A model generated the notes under the pieces. That model made no database searches. It saw nothing but the letters and a program-made list of their open reading frames with translations, and was not told the origin of the DNA. Positions 9,666 to 18,373 of a DNA stretch of 64,000 nt are shown here, in pieces; within the stretch, counting starts at the first letter, position 1, and each line of letters opens with the position of its first letter. The position numbers and the translations under genes were made by a program. The stretch comes from Lactobacillus sp. GTDB lineage: Bacteria; Bacillota; Bacilli; Lactobacillales; Lactobacillaceae. Location: positions 1,019 through 65,018 of the forward strand of contig NZ_JBJEES010000161.1 of the NCBI RefSeq assembly GCF_051873315.1, read 5' to 3'.

Positions 9666-12600
9666 TTAAGACTTCTTGCCAAAGCTGAGGCCCTTCTTGC
9701 GGCCTGCCCACTTAGGCCATGGGAAGCCTTCGTAGGTCAGCTTGGTTGCAGCTGACAGGTTGATCGGCATCAAGAAGACCAAGATAGCCAGACCGATGTC
9801 GACCCCGATGGCCACTTCGATCAAGGTTGGTACGCCTGATGGAATCAAGGCTGCAAAGGTACCACCCAGTATGATAGCGGCTGAGATGACAACCGTCCCG
9901 ATAACCGTACATGCCTCCAAGATTCTTGCACTAGGCAAGGCGTGTGGATCGCTGTCGCGGTAACGCATCATGACAAAGATGCTGTAGTCGACTCCGAGGG
10001 CAATCACCATGATGAAGGTGAAGAACGGAACGTTCCAAGCCATGGCGCTCCGGCCCATCACTCCGGTGACAATCCAACGGGTGATTGACAGAGAACTGAT
10101 GTAGGCCAAAAGCAGAGTCCCCAGGATGTAGATCGGCTGAAGCAGACTCCGGGTGACGAAGATCAAGGCAATGCCGATACCGATCAGCATGATAGCCATA
10201 GTTCTGGTAAAGTCACCGCTGGCCGTGTTCTTGGTGTCTTCAATGGTTGAGCTTTGCCCGCCCATTTCGACATCAGCCTTGCCCAGGTCGGTCCCCTTCA
10301 GGGACTTGCGGGCCATAGCGCTCAAAGCTTGTGAGTGCTCTGCGGCACTTTCAGAACTTGGGTTGCTGTCCAGGATGATGATGATCATGGCACTCTTCTT
10401 GTCCGGGCTGAGGAAGACCTTGAGGGACTTCTGCAGGTCGGCGTTGTGCTTTAAGACGTAGCTTGGCACGTAGAAGGTGTCGGAAGCCTTGGACTTGCGC
10501 AGGCCGTTCAAGTATGAGCCGGCGGAAACCAGACCATTGTTGACGGCAGTCAAGCCGCTGGTGATGGCTGGCGTCTTGGTAGCGAGCTTGCTTGCGCCGC
10601 TGGAGAGTTGGCTGGTACCGGACTGCAGCTTGTCAGCACCTTCAGCCAGTTGGCTGGAGCCGTTGACGCCTTGAGCCAGACCGTTTTGCAGTTGGCCAGC
10701 ACCGGATTTAAGTGAGCTTGCACCGCTGGTCAAACGGCTCGCGCCGTTAGCCAGTTGAGCCGCGCCGCTGACGCCGCTGGCCAAACCGTTAGCCAGTTGG
10801 CCGGCACCGGAATTGACCTGGCCAGCGCCGGAGTTGACTTGGCTTGCACCATTTGCAACAGAGGATGCACCAGAGTTGACTTGGTTAGCCCCGCTGACCA
10901 AAGTGCCAGTGCCGGAGTAAAGGCTTGCGGCACCAGTGTTCAGCTTGCCGGCACCAGTGTAAAGGCTGGAAGCGCCGGAGTTAACTTGTCCGGCACCGGT
11001 GTACAGACTTGAAGCACCGGTGTTGACTTGGCTGATCCCGTTGTAAAGGGATGCGGCACCACTGTTTAACTTAGTAGCGCCTTGTGACAAAGCCAAGGCC
11101 CCTGCCATACCCTTGCTCAAACCGCTGTAAATTGAGTTTGAACCAGTGTAAAGCTTGTGGGCACCAGTTGCAAGGGCATCAACTGCTGACTGCATCTGGC
11201 TGATCTTGCTTAAACCAGACTTAAGGCTGCTAATCCCGCTGGCTGCTTGGGTGCTCAAAGTGCTTGAGCCAGAAGCAAGCTGAGAAACAGCCGCTTGCAG
11301 TTGCTGAACTTCAGCGCTCAAGTCGGCCGTTGAAGCAGTAGAACTGCTGCTACTCAAACTGCCGGCGGCTGATTGAATGCTAGATGAAGCACTCTTCATG
11401 TTGGTTGCAGCAGAACCAGCAGTAGTCAAGCCGCTGCTTGCAGTACCCAACCCGCTCTTAGTAGAACTAAGCCCAGAAGACAGGGACTGGAGTTCCTTTT
11501 GCAGTTCTGCCTTCAAAGTTGGGTCTGAAACTTTGCTGATTGAGCTTGCCAGGCTGCCAGCAGCTGAGCTGGCAGTTCCCAGACCATTACCGGCAGTGGT
11601 CAAACCGCTCTTGGCGTTGGTTAAACCAGATTCAAGTGATGAAACTTGCCCTTGCAGGCTTTGCAGGCCGCTGACCAGGCTAGAGATCTTTGAAGTGTCG
11701 ATGTTTGGCACGCTGATTTGGCTGACCTTGCTGTTCAAGCTTTGCAAGCCGTTGTTCAGGTCGGTCAAACCAGATGACAATTGGTCAAGCTGGTCAGCGT
11801 TCAAGGAGCTGGCATTCTCTGACAGCTGGCTCTTCAACTGGTCAAGACCGGCAACCAAAGTGTTCATATTGGCCGTCAAGTCCTTGGCGCCATTGGTCAA
11901 GGTTTGAGTGCCAGTGTAAAGACTGTTTGCACCAGTCACAAGAGAGCTGGTGCCGTTCTTCAAGCTAGTGCTGCCAGTCAAAAGCTGGGCAGTACCGTTC
12001 TTCAAAGTACCAGCGCCAGTGTAAAGACTGGCAGTACCGTTCTTCAAAGTACCTACACCAGTGTAAAGGCTGGCGGTACCGTTCTTCAAAGTGCCGGCAC
12101 CGTTTCTCAAGGTTTGAGCACCAGTTGCCAGAGAACCGGTCCCGTTAGCCAGAGTCTTTGACCCACTGGCCAGGGAGCTGGTCCCGCTCTTCAGCTTCTG
12201 AGTACCAGCAGACAGGGTGTTGGCACCGCTAGACAACTTTCTAGTGCCGGAGTAAAGGGCATCTGCCCCAACTGACAGGGTCTTGGTCCCGTTAAAGAGG
12301 GTACCTGCCCCATCGTAGAGGGCGATTGAACCGTTGTAAAGCTTAACCGTCCCCGTGTACAGGTCCTTAGCCCCGTCACTCAAAGTGCCGGTGCCTTCGT
12401 CGAGCTGGTCGGCCCCGTTAGCCAGTTTCTTGGCCCCGCTGGTGACCTGCTCGCTGCCCTTAGTCAATTTGCCGACACCCTTTTCCAATTTGGCGGTCCC
12501 GTCGGTAACTGACTTCAGCTGCTTCTTAACGTAGAGCAGCTTAATCTTTTCGTTGTATGGCTCAGTCGCGGACATAACCTTGTCCACGCCTTCAGAATTG

Positions 12601-13937
12601 CGCAATTTCCGCGTCAATTCGTCGATCAGCTTCAAGTCCTTCTCATTGTCGAGCTTGTGGTCACTCTTGATGTAAAGGTATGACGGCATAGCCATCCCCT
12701 TAGAGAAGTGCTTTTGCACCAGGTTCAGCCCCTGCTTAGAAGGAACTGAATCTGAAATTTCCGCCGTGTCGTCGTAGTTCAAAACGTTGGAGTAAGTAAC
12801 GAAGAACGGAGCAACGACAACTGCTACTGCTGCCAAGAAGACAACTGGCCGCTTCAAAGTAGCACTGGAAATCCCGTGCCACATCTTGCTTGGGTTTTCC
12901 CCGGCAAATTCCTTGCTTGGCCAGAACATCTTCTTGCCCAAAGTGGCCATGAAGAATGGGTTCAAAGTCAGCAAAACAACCAGCAGAACCAGAACGCCGA
13001 CGGCAACGCCGGAAGCGGACCGGTAAACGGAGAAGTTAGCTAAGCCCAAAGCGGAGAAACCAATCAGGATTGAGGAGCCGGAGTAAAGAATAGTCCGGCC
13101 GGCCTTCTTGATCGAGTCCTTCGTGGCCTCAGCCACCCCCAGGCCATTGCCCAGGTCCTCCTTAAAGTGGTTGTATAGCAGGATGTTGTAGTCGGTCCCG
13201 ATCCCGAACAAGACGATCACCATGAAGACTTGGGTGAAGTTGGAGAACGGGAAGTTGATTTGGTTGACCAGGTTGGTCACGATTGAGAAGGAAACCAGGA
13301 AGGAAATCCCAACCGTCAAAAGTGACACAAGCGGGACAACCGGTGACCGGAAGACGATGATCAACACGATGAAGATGAAGACCACCGTGATCAGTTCCGT
13401 CTTCTTGATCCCTTCTTGGATCGAGCTGGTAAAGTCATTGTTGAGGACGTCTGCCCCAGTAACGTAGGTTCTTACCCCACTGGTCTTGACGGCCTTGTTG
13501 ATCTCGTCGTAAACCTGGGAGATGGTCCCATGGCTCTTGGAGATGTTCATCTGCATTACCCAAGTCGTTCCGTCTTTAGACTTGAGCAGCTTCTTGGTCG
13601 CGATGTTATCCTGCGGCGCCAAGTAATCCTTGATGCCGTATTTCTTCTTGTTGCTGGTCAAGCGGTCGATCGAGGCTTCAATGTTGCCTTGGTCGGTCTC
13701 GGTCAGCTTACCGGATTTCTTGTTGAAAACAACCGCGACTTCGTAAGTATTCTTTTTCTTACTGCCCCATTCATTCTTGATTAGTTTGGCTGCTTCGCTT
13801 TCCACGCTGCTTGGCAAAGAGATCTCGCTGTGAGCTCTTGTCAGTGAGTCAACGTTTGGCAGGGCAACCAAAGAAATCACCAGAATGAGCACCCAGGCGA
13901 TCAAAGCGCCAAGGTGGTTCTTCAGTAACTTCTTCAA
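9666..13937 (-). CDS. MMPL/RND-superfamily membrane protein with a giant YhgE/Pip-type xxxLxxG heptad-repeat ectodomain (1423 aa)
   Basis: MMPL-like TM bundles sit at both ends (FGIGTDYNILL; ALGVDYSIFVMMRY). The central 650 aa or so form two long arms of 7-residue repeats ([NT]G-x-x-x-L-x, e.g. NGTASLY TGAGTLK) around a Ser/Leu-rich middle. Confidence 0.85.
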   Translation of the reverse strand: MKKLLKNHLGALIAWVLILVISLVALPNVDSLTRAHSEISLPSSVESEAAKLIKNEWGSKKKNTYEVAVVFNKKSGKLTETDQGNIEASIDRLTSNKKKYGIKDYLAPQDNIATKKLLKSKDGTTWVMQMNISKSHGTISQVYDEINKAVKTSGVRTYVTGADVLNNDFTSSIQEGIKKTELITVVFIFIVLIIVFRSPVVPLVSLLTVGISFLVSFSIVTNLVNQINFPFSNFTQVFMVIVLFGIGTDYNILLYNHFKEDLGNGLGVAEATKDSIKKAGRTILYSGSSILIGFSALGLANFSVYRSASGVAVGVLVLLVVLLTLNPFFMATLGKKMFWPSKEFAGENPSKMWHGISSATLKRPVVFLAAVAVVVAPFFVTYSNVLNYDDTAEISDSVPSKQGLNLVQKHFSKGMAMPSYLYIKSDHKLDNEKDLKLIDELTRKLRNSEGVDKVMSATEPYNEKIKLLYVKKQLKSVTDGTAKLEKGVGKLTKGSEQVTSGAKKLANGADQLDEGTGTLSDGAKDLYTGTVKLYNGSIALYDGAGTLFNGTKTLSVGADALYSGTRKLSSGANTLSAGTQKLKSGTSSLASGSKTLANGTGSLATGAQTLRNGAGTLKNGTASLYTGVGTLKNGTASLYTGAGTLKNGTAQLLTGSTSLKNGTSSLVTGANSLYTGTQTLTNGAKDLTANMNTLVAGLDQLKSQLSENASSLNADQLDQLSSGLTDLNNGLQSLNSKVSQISVPNIDTSKISSLVSGLQSLQGQVSSLESGLTNAKSGLTTAGNGLGTASSAAGSLASSISKVSDPTLKAELQKELQSLSSGLSSTKSGLGTASSGLTTAGSAATNMKSASSSIQSAAGSLSSSSSTASTADLSAEVQQLQAAVSQLASGSSTLSTQAASGISSLKSGLSKISQMQSAVDALATGAHKLYTGSNSIYSGLSKGMAGALALSQGATKLNSGAASLYNGISQVNTGASSLYTGAGQVNSGASSLYTGAGKLNTGAASLYSGTGTLVSGANQVNSGASSVANGASQVNSGAGQVNSGAGQLANGLASGVSGAAQLANGASRLTSGASSLKSGAGQLQNGLAQGVNGSSQLAEGADKLQSGTSQLSSGASKLATKTPAITSGLTAVNNGLVSAGSYLNGLRKSKASDTFYVPSYVLKHNADLQKSLKVFLSPDKKSAMIIIILDSNPSSESAAEHSQALSAMARKSLKGTDLGKADVEMGGQSSTIEDTKNTASGDFTRTMAIMLIGIGIALIFVTRSLLQPIYILGTLLLAYISSLSITRWIVTGVMGRSAMAWNVPFFTFIMVIALGVDYSIFVMMRYRDSDPHALPSARILEACTVIGTVVISAAIILGGTFAALIPSGVPTLIEVAIGVDIGLAILVFLMPINLSAATKLTYEGFPWPKWAGRKKGLSFGKKS
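11988..12113. repeat. Three tandem 42-bp direct repeats inside the MMPL/Pip heptad region
   Basis: ggcagtaccgttcttcaaagtaccagcgccagtgtaaagact is followed by two near-identical copies. Each unit encodes 14 aa, which is two heptads. Confidence 0.8.
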
Positions 13938-13980
13938 CGTCCTTTTTCCTTTCTTTGTCTTTTACAATCAGTCTACTAAG

Positions 13981-14574
13981 CTAGGCATTTGACTGCTGGG
14001 TGCTGGGCGAAACCAGCCGCCAGACCATTTCGTGATAGTTCTCTTCTGCTTCTTGCGGGCTTTCCGGAAAATCCCGGCTTCCCTGGCCCTTGGCAAACCT
14101 GTCTAAAAAGACATAGCCCAGGACCGCGCCAACCAAGGCGTGCTGGGAAACCACGTGTCCCGTGTCCACCTGCAGCTGCTCACCCAAGTCCAGGATCTTG
14201 ACTACTTCCTGCACCAGGTCTGAATCATCTGAAAATTCATCCATATGGTAAAGCAGGGTCGCCAGGGCCTGGTCTTCCAAAAGGCGGTCGCGGACCACGT
14301 CAGCAAACTTAAACAATGCTTCGTGGCCTGACAAACCAACAAGCTGCTTGAGCAGGTCCTGGTAGAGCAGGCGGATCCGGCTGGCCGCGACCAGCGACAG
14401 AAGTTGAGAACGGTTCTTCACGTAATGATAGAGCGACTGGCTGCGAACGCCCAGAGCCTTGGCAAGATTTGGCATGGTCGTCTCGCTTAAGCCCCGGCTT
14501 TCGATCATTTCCGTGGCTTTGGCGATGACCTTGCCTAAGTCCAAAGTCCTTTTTTGAGTCATACTTTCTACCAT
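13981..14574 (-). CDS. TetR/AcrR family transcriptional regulator
   Basis: N-terminal HTH ETTMPNLAKALGVRSQSLYHYVKNRSQLL. It lies directly upstream of the MMPL gene on the same strand. The start could instead be the ATG at 14562. Confidence 0.85.
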   Translation of the reverse strand: MVESMTQKRTLDLGKVIAKATEMIESRGLSETTMPNLAKALGVRSQSLYHYVKNRSQLLSLVAASRIRLLYQDLLKQLVGLSGHEALFKFADVVRDRLLEDQALATLLYHMDEFSDDSDLVQEVVKILDLGEQLQVDTGHVVSQHALVGAVLGYVFLDRFAKGQGSRDFPESPQEAEENYHEMVWRLVSPSTQQSNA

Positions 14575-14618
14575 TTCCTTTCAACTGTAGCAATTATATA
14601 ACTACTAACTGAAGATTT

Positions 14619-14632
14619 CAATCTACAGATTG
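14619..14632. promoter_or_regulatory. Candidate TetR operator palindrome
   Basis: caatct-ac-agattg has perfect 6-bp inverted arms. It lies about 45 nt upstream of the tetR start, in the only promoter region of the tetR-mmpL operon. Confidence 0.3.
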
Positions 14633-14710
14633 TAAATTAATTCTTTTTTTCTGTTGAAAGCGATTCCTAAAAGCGCTATCATATATTCAGATAGGAGATG
14701 AAAACTAAAA

Positions 14711-14956
14711 ATGAAAATCTGGTGGTTCGCAAACTTTTACTGGTTCAGTTTACTGATTTATCTAAATGTTTTCATGTTCAATTTTCATTACGCTGACGGC
14801 AGCAGCATCAATCCTTTCGTGGTGACCTTCCTGCTTCTGGCTATCTGCATTATGATCGGGGAATTCCAATTTGCCTGGTACATGTGGCTGGCCAAGAAAA
14901 CTTATAAACCACGTAAACGCAAGAAAGCACAAAACGACTCTACTGTCTGGCTGTAG
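14711..14956 (+). CDS. Small aromatic-rich two-TM membrane protein, unknown function
   Basis: 81 aa with two hydrophobic helices, a basic tail KKTYKPRKRKKAQ and an upstream GGAG. Confidence 0.4.
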   Translation: MKIWWFANFYWFSLLIYLNVFMFNFHYADGSSINPFVVTFLLLAICIMIGEFQFAWYMWLAKKTYKPRKRKKAQNDSTVWL

Positions 14957-14998
14957 AGTCGTTTTTCATTTCTTCTGTTCTATTTATTCGTTCTATCT

Positions 14999-15913
14999 TT
15001 ACTTTTCCATGACTTTCTTGACAGCTTGTCCTAAAGCAGCAAAGTCATCAGTCTTGCTGGACCAGGCGCTGACCACGTAATTGTGGCCGTTATTGCTGAT
15101 CAAGGCGACCTCTAAATTGCCATCAGCATACTGGTAGACAGTCCCCTTAGCCTTGCTGGCCAGCTTGGTCTTCCCTGTCATAGCAGTCAAAACCTGCTGA
15201 TTGTAGCTGCCGACCAGCTTCCCCTGGTAAATGGAAACCATGATCTTGGCCAGATCACTGGCTGTCGTCTTGCCGACCACGGACTTGGAGAAGGTTCCAG
15301 TCACTTTGGTCTGGCTGGCCCCCAGCTGTTTCAACACCTTATTGACCTGCTTAGTTCCGATCGTCCGCAAAAGCGCGTTAGCCGCGGTCTTGTTGCCCTT
15401 CAGCATCTGCTCGCGCAAGTAGCTTGGCCCGTAGCTGATCCCGACCGCGATCGCCGTACTTGTCCCAGCCTTGTCAGCCTTAGTAACCTTGATAGCCGTG
15501 CTGGCCCCGATCTTGCCGGACTTTTCCTGGGCATAAAGGGCGATCAAGAGATAGAGGTAAAAAATCTTCTGGGAATCCTGGCTGCTCTTGGTGTTGGCCA
15601 CTTCCGCAAAATGGCTGCTCTTGCTTAAGTCATATGCCGCCACCTGGTAGCTGACGTCCTGGCCCATGGCCTTCTTGATTGCCTTGACCAGCTGCTTGTC
15701 GCTGCCCTTGCTGCTCTTGACCTGGTTGTCATATTCAATGGAATTGACATTAGGTTCCTTGTCAGTAGAAGAAACCGTCTTTTTGACGTTGCCGGACTTC
15801 TTTACCTGCACCACCGTAACCTTCCGCATTTCAGCATCCTTGTTGGTACTGGTGTAGACGACAAAAGCCAGCAGGGAGGCGATCAAAGCCCCGACTACAA
15901 TATTGTTCTTCAT
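14999..15913 (-). CDS. Membrane-anchored class A beta-lactamase-fold (serine hydrolase-like) protein, probably non-catalytic
   Basis: N-terminal TM anchor. The C-terminal region is colinear with the Beta-lactamase2 pattern (GNKTAANALLRTIG...VNKVLKQLG). The SxxK and SDN positions are not conserved. Confidence 0.5.
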   Translation of the reverse strand: MKNNIVVGALIASLLAFVVYTSTNKDAEMRKVTVVQVKKSGNVKKTVSSTDKEPNVNSIEYDNQVKSSKGSDKQLVKAIKKAMGQDVSYQVAAYDLSKSSHFAEVANTKSSQDSQKIFYLYLLIALYAQEKSGKIGASTAIKVTKADKAGTSTAIAVGISYGPSYLREQMLKGNKTAANALLRTIGTKQVNKVLKQLGASQTKVTGTFSKSVVGKTTASDLAKIMVSIYQGKLVGSYNQQVLTAMTGKTKLASKAKGTVYQYADGNLEVALISNNGHNYVVSAWSSKTDDFAALGQAVKKVMEK

Positions 15914-15944
15914 GTAACTCCTTAGTATCTCTTAACTTTTTCCT

Positions 15945-16862
15945 TTAAAAAAGATGGTGCTTGCGCATGAGGAAGATCAGCCAGACCATCAAAAGGACGG
16001 TGATCAAGATAATGATCACCCAGTCATAGTTGGCCCCCAAAACCGGCAACTTCACGTTCATCCCGTAAAAACCGGTCAGAATAGTCGGGATGGTCAAAAC
16101 GATGGACCAAACCGTTAGGAACTGCATGGTGTCGTTCAGGTTGTTGTTCATCATGTTATTGGAAGTCGATGACAAAGTCTTGGTCACCTGCCGGGAAATC
16201 TGCACCATTTCTGAAGACTGGCTGGATTCGATCAAGACGTCGTCCAGTCTTTCCTTGGCCGCTTTGGAAAAAGTCAGCCGGGAGTGCTGTAGGCTGTGCA
16301 GCATCATCTGGTCAGTCTGAATCGAGCTGGACAGGTAGACCAGACTCTTTTCAATATTGGACAGTTCCACCAGGTCCTTGTTGTCGATGTCATCGCTCAG
16401 CTTGACGTCCAAGTCGTTGCGCTCAGCATCCAGCTGGGTGATGGCCCGCTGGAAGTACTGGGAAGCATACATCAAAAAAGTTGCCAGCAGCTCCGTCACG
16501 TCTTGGGCGTGGGACAGCCGGCGCAAAACCTGGGGATCGTTGAACTCGTCAAAGACATAGCTGGTCTCGATCGTATGGAAAGAAAAAAGGTTCTTGTCCT
16601 GCAGCAAAAAAGTGATTGGCCGGGAAGTGAAGTGCTTGCTGGTCGTCGTTGGCCAGACTGGCACGTCATAAACCAGCAGGTGGGTGTCGGTATACTGGTC
16701 GTAGTCGTAGTGGGGCCGTTCATGCCGGTCGGAAACGTAGGAAATGATTTCCGGGGTGAAATAAAACTCCGTCTGCAGGCGCCGGCTGTCAGCTTCATTC
16801 AAGCCATTGACGTCGTACCAGTTAAAGTCAGTTTCAATTGGAAAAATTTGTTGCTTAATCAT
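15945..16862 (-). CDS. corA: CorA family magnesium/cobalt transporter
   Basis: GFYGMNV (GMN) motif before two C-terminal TM helices. Start chosen at MIKQQ because AAGGTGGGG lies 6 nt upstream. Confidence 0.85.
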   Translation of the reverse strand: MIKQQIFPIETDFNWYDVNGLNEADSRRLQTEFYFTPEIISYVSDRHERPHYDYDQYTDTHLLVYDVPVWPTTTSKHFTSRPITFLLQDKNLFSFHTIETSYVFDEFNDPQVLRRLSHAQDVTELLATFLMYASQYFQRAITQLDAERNDLDVKLSDDIDNKDLVELSNIEKSLVYLSSSIQTDQMMLHSLQHSRLTFSKAAKERLDDVLIESSQSSEMVQISRQVTKTLSSTSNNMMNNNLNDTMQFLTVWSIVLTIPTILTGFYGMNVKLPVLGANYDWVIIILITVLLMVWLIFLMRKHHLF

Positions 16863-16940
16863 GGCTGTCCCCACCTTCATTTTACTCATTATTCATGTTA
16901 CCATTTTTTTAAAATGAAGTTGTTTAAAGTAGGTAAAATA

Positions 16941-17828
16941 ATGATGCAAATCACAGAAAAATATCTTCCGTTCGGAAATTGGCAAACTTACTGCCGGATC
17001 GTGGGCGAGGCGACTGACCGCGCCCCGCTCCTGCTTCTCCACGGCGGGCCCGGCAGCAGTCACAACTATTTTGAAGTCCTCGACCAAGTTGCTGAAAAAA
17101 GTGGTCGGCAAGTCATCATGTATGACCAATTGGGCTGCGGCAATTCCAGCATCCCCGACGACCAGGCAGAGACGGCCTACACGGCCCAGACCTGGGTCAA
17201 GGAGCTGGAAAATGTCAGAAAGCAGCTGGGCCTTGACGAGATCCACCTCCTAGGGCAAAGCTGGGGCGGGATGCTGGCTTTGATCTACCTGTGCGACTAT
17301 CAGCCTAAAGGGGTCAAAAGCCTGATCCTTTCCTCTACTTTAGCCTCCGCCAAGCTCTGGAGCCAGGAATTGCACCGCTTGATCAAGTACCTGCCAGAAA
17401 ACGAGCAGGCCGCTATCAAGGAAGCTGAAGCAAGTGGCAACTATGACTCCCCGGCCTACCAGGCGGCCAATGCCCACTTCATGGATCAGCACGCCATCAA
17501 GCTTACGCCGGACATGCCGGAGCCAGTTTTGCGCAAAAAAAAGGGCGGCAGCCTGGCCTACTTGACCGGCTGGGGCCCTAATGAATATACGCCGATTGGC
17601 AACCTGCACGGCTATGAGTACACTGACCGCTTAAAGGACCTGCACTTGCCGGTCTTGATTACCAGCGGCACTGACGATCTGTGCACGCCATTGGTGGCTA
17701 AAAGCATGTACGACCACTTGCCGAACGCCCGCTGGGAGCTCTTTGCCGGCTGCGGCCACATGCCTTTTGTCCAGGAAAATGCCAAGTACCAAAAGCTCCT
17801 GTCTGACTGGTTAATCAGCCAGGACTAG
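16941..17828 (+). CDS. pepI: Proline iminopeptidase (S33 family, PepIP)
   Basis: MQITEKYLPFGNWQTYCRIVGEA..., HGGPGSSH and GQSWGG. It closely matches my recollection of L. delbrueckii PepIP. The upstream 215 codons of the ORF-track entry overlap corA antisense and are rejected. Confidence 0.9.
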   Translation: MMQITEKYLPFGNWQTYCRIVGEATDRAPLLLLHGGPGSSHNYFEVLDQVAEKSGRQVIMYDQLGCGNSSIPDDQAETAYTAQTWVKELENVRKQLGLDEIHLLGQSWGGMLALIYLCDYQPKGVKSLILSSTLASAKLWSQELHRLIKYLPENEQAAIKEAEASGNYDSPAYQAANAHFMDQHAIKLTPDMPEPVLRKKKGGSLAYLTGWGPNEYTPIGNLHGYEYTDRLKDLHLPVLITSGTDDLCTPLVAKSMYDHLPNARWELFAGCGHMPFVQENAKYQKLLSDWLISQD

Positions 17829-18346
17829 ACGAGAGGCTTTTTTAACAAAAAATCTGTCTGACGGTCATCGCCAAGAACGAAGACATGCTCGCTGAACCGG
17901 GTCAAACCGCGGCTGGCATAGAAGTTCTTGGCGTTTTCGTTGTGTTCCCAAACGCCCAGCCAGAGGACGGACTTGCCCCATTCTTTTCCTTTTTCTTCCG
18001 CGAACTCAAAGAGCTGCTTGCCCAGGCCCCGGTGCTGGAAGGATTTGCGCAGGTAGATCCGCTCAACTTCCAAGCCATCTGGGTCGACATCTTCGTTTTG
18101 GGCGTCGGCAACGTCCAGCTTTAAGTAGCCGGCAACTTCCCCGTCCACCTTCAAGAAGTAGAAGAAGCTGCCTGGAGTTGCCATTTCTCCCCTAAGCTTT
18201 TCTTCATTATAGTTTTCAGCCAAAAACTTGGCCATGTCTTCGGCGCTGTTGTACTCGCCAAAAGTGTCGGCGAAAGTCTCCCGGCTGATGGCCACCAAGG
18301 CCGGCAGATCTTTTTCAGCGACCTGGTCAATCTTTACTTCCGTCAT
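17825..18346 (-). CDS. GNAT family N-acetyltransferase
   Basis: 173 aa with acetyl-CoA-binding core RKSFQHRGLGKQLFEFA. Confidence 0.8.
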   Translation of the reverse strand: MTEVKIDQVAEKDLPALVAISRETFADTFGEYNSAEDMAKFLAENYNEEKLRGEMATPGSFFYFLKVDGEVAGYLKLDVADAQNEDVDPDGLEVERIYLRKSFQHRGLGKQLFEFAEEKGKEWGKSVLWLGVWEHNENAKNFYASRGLTRFSEHVFVLGDDRQTDFLLKKPLV

Positions 18347-18373
18347 CGCTGCTTCCTTCTCTTTTCTACTTTA

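Noticed and set aside
16296-16940. N-terminal 215-codon extension of the pepI ORF in the ORF track.
   Set aside because: - It overlaps corA on the opposite strand.
- The PepIP-like sequence begins at the ATG at 16941.
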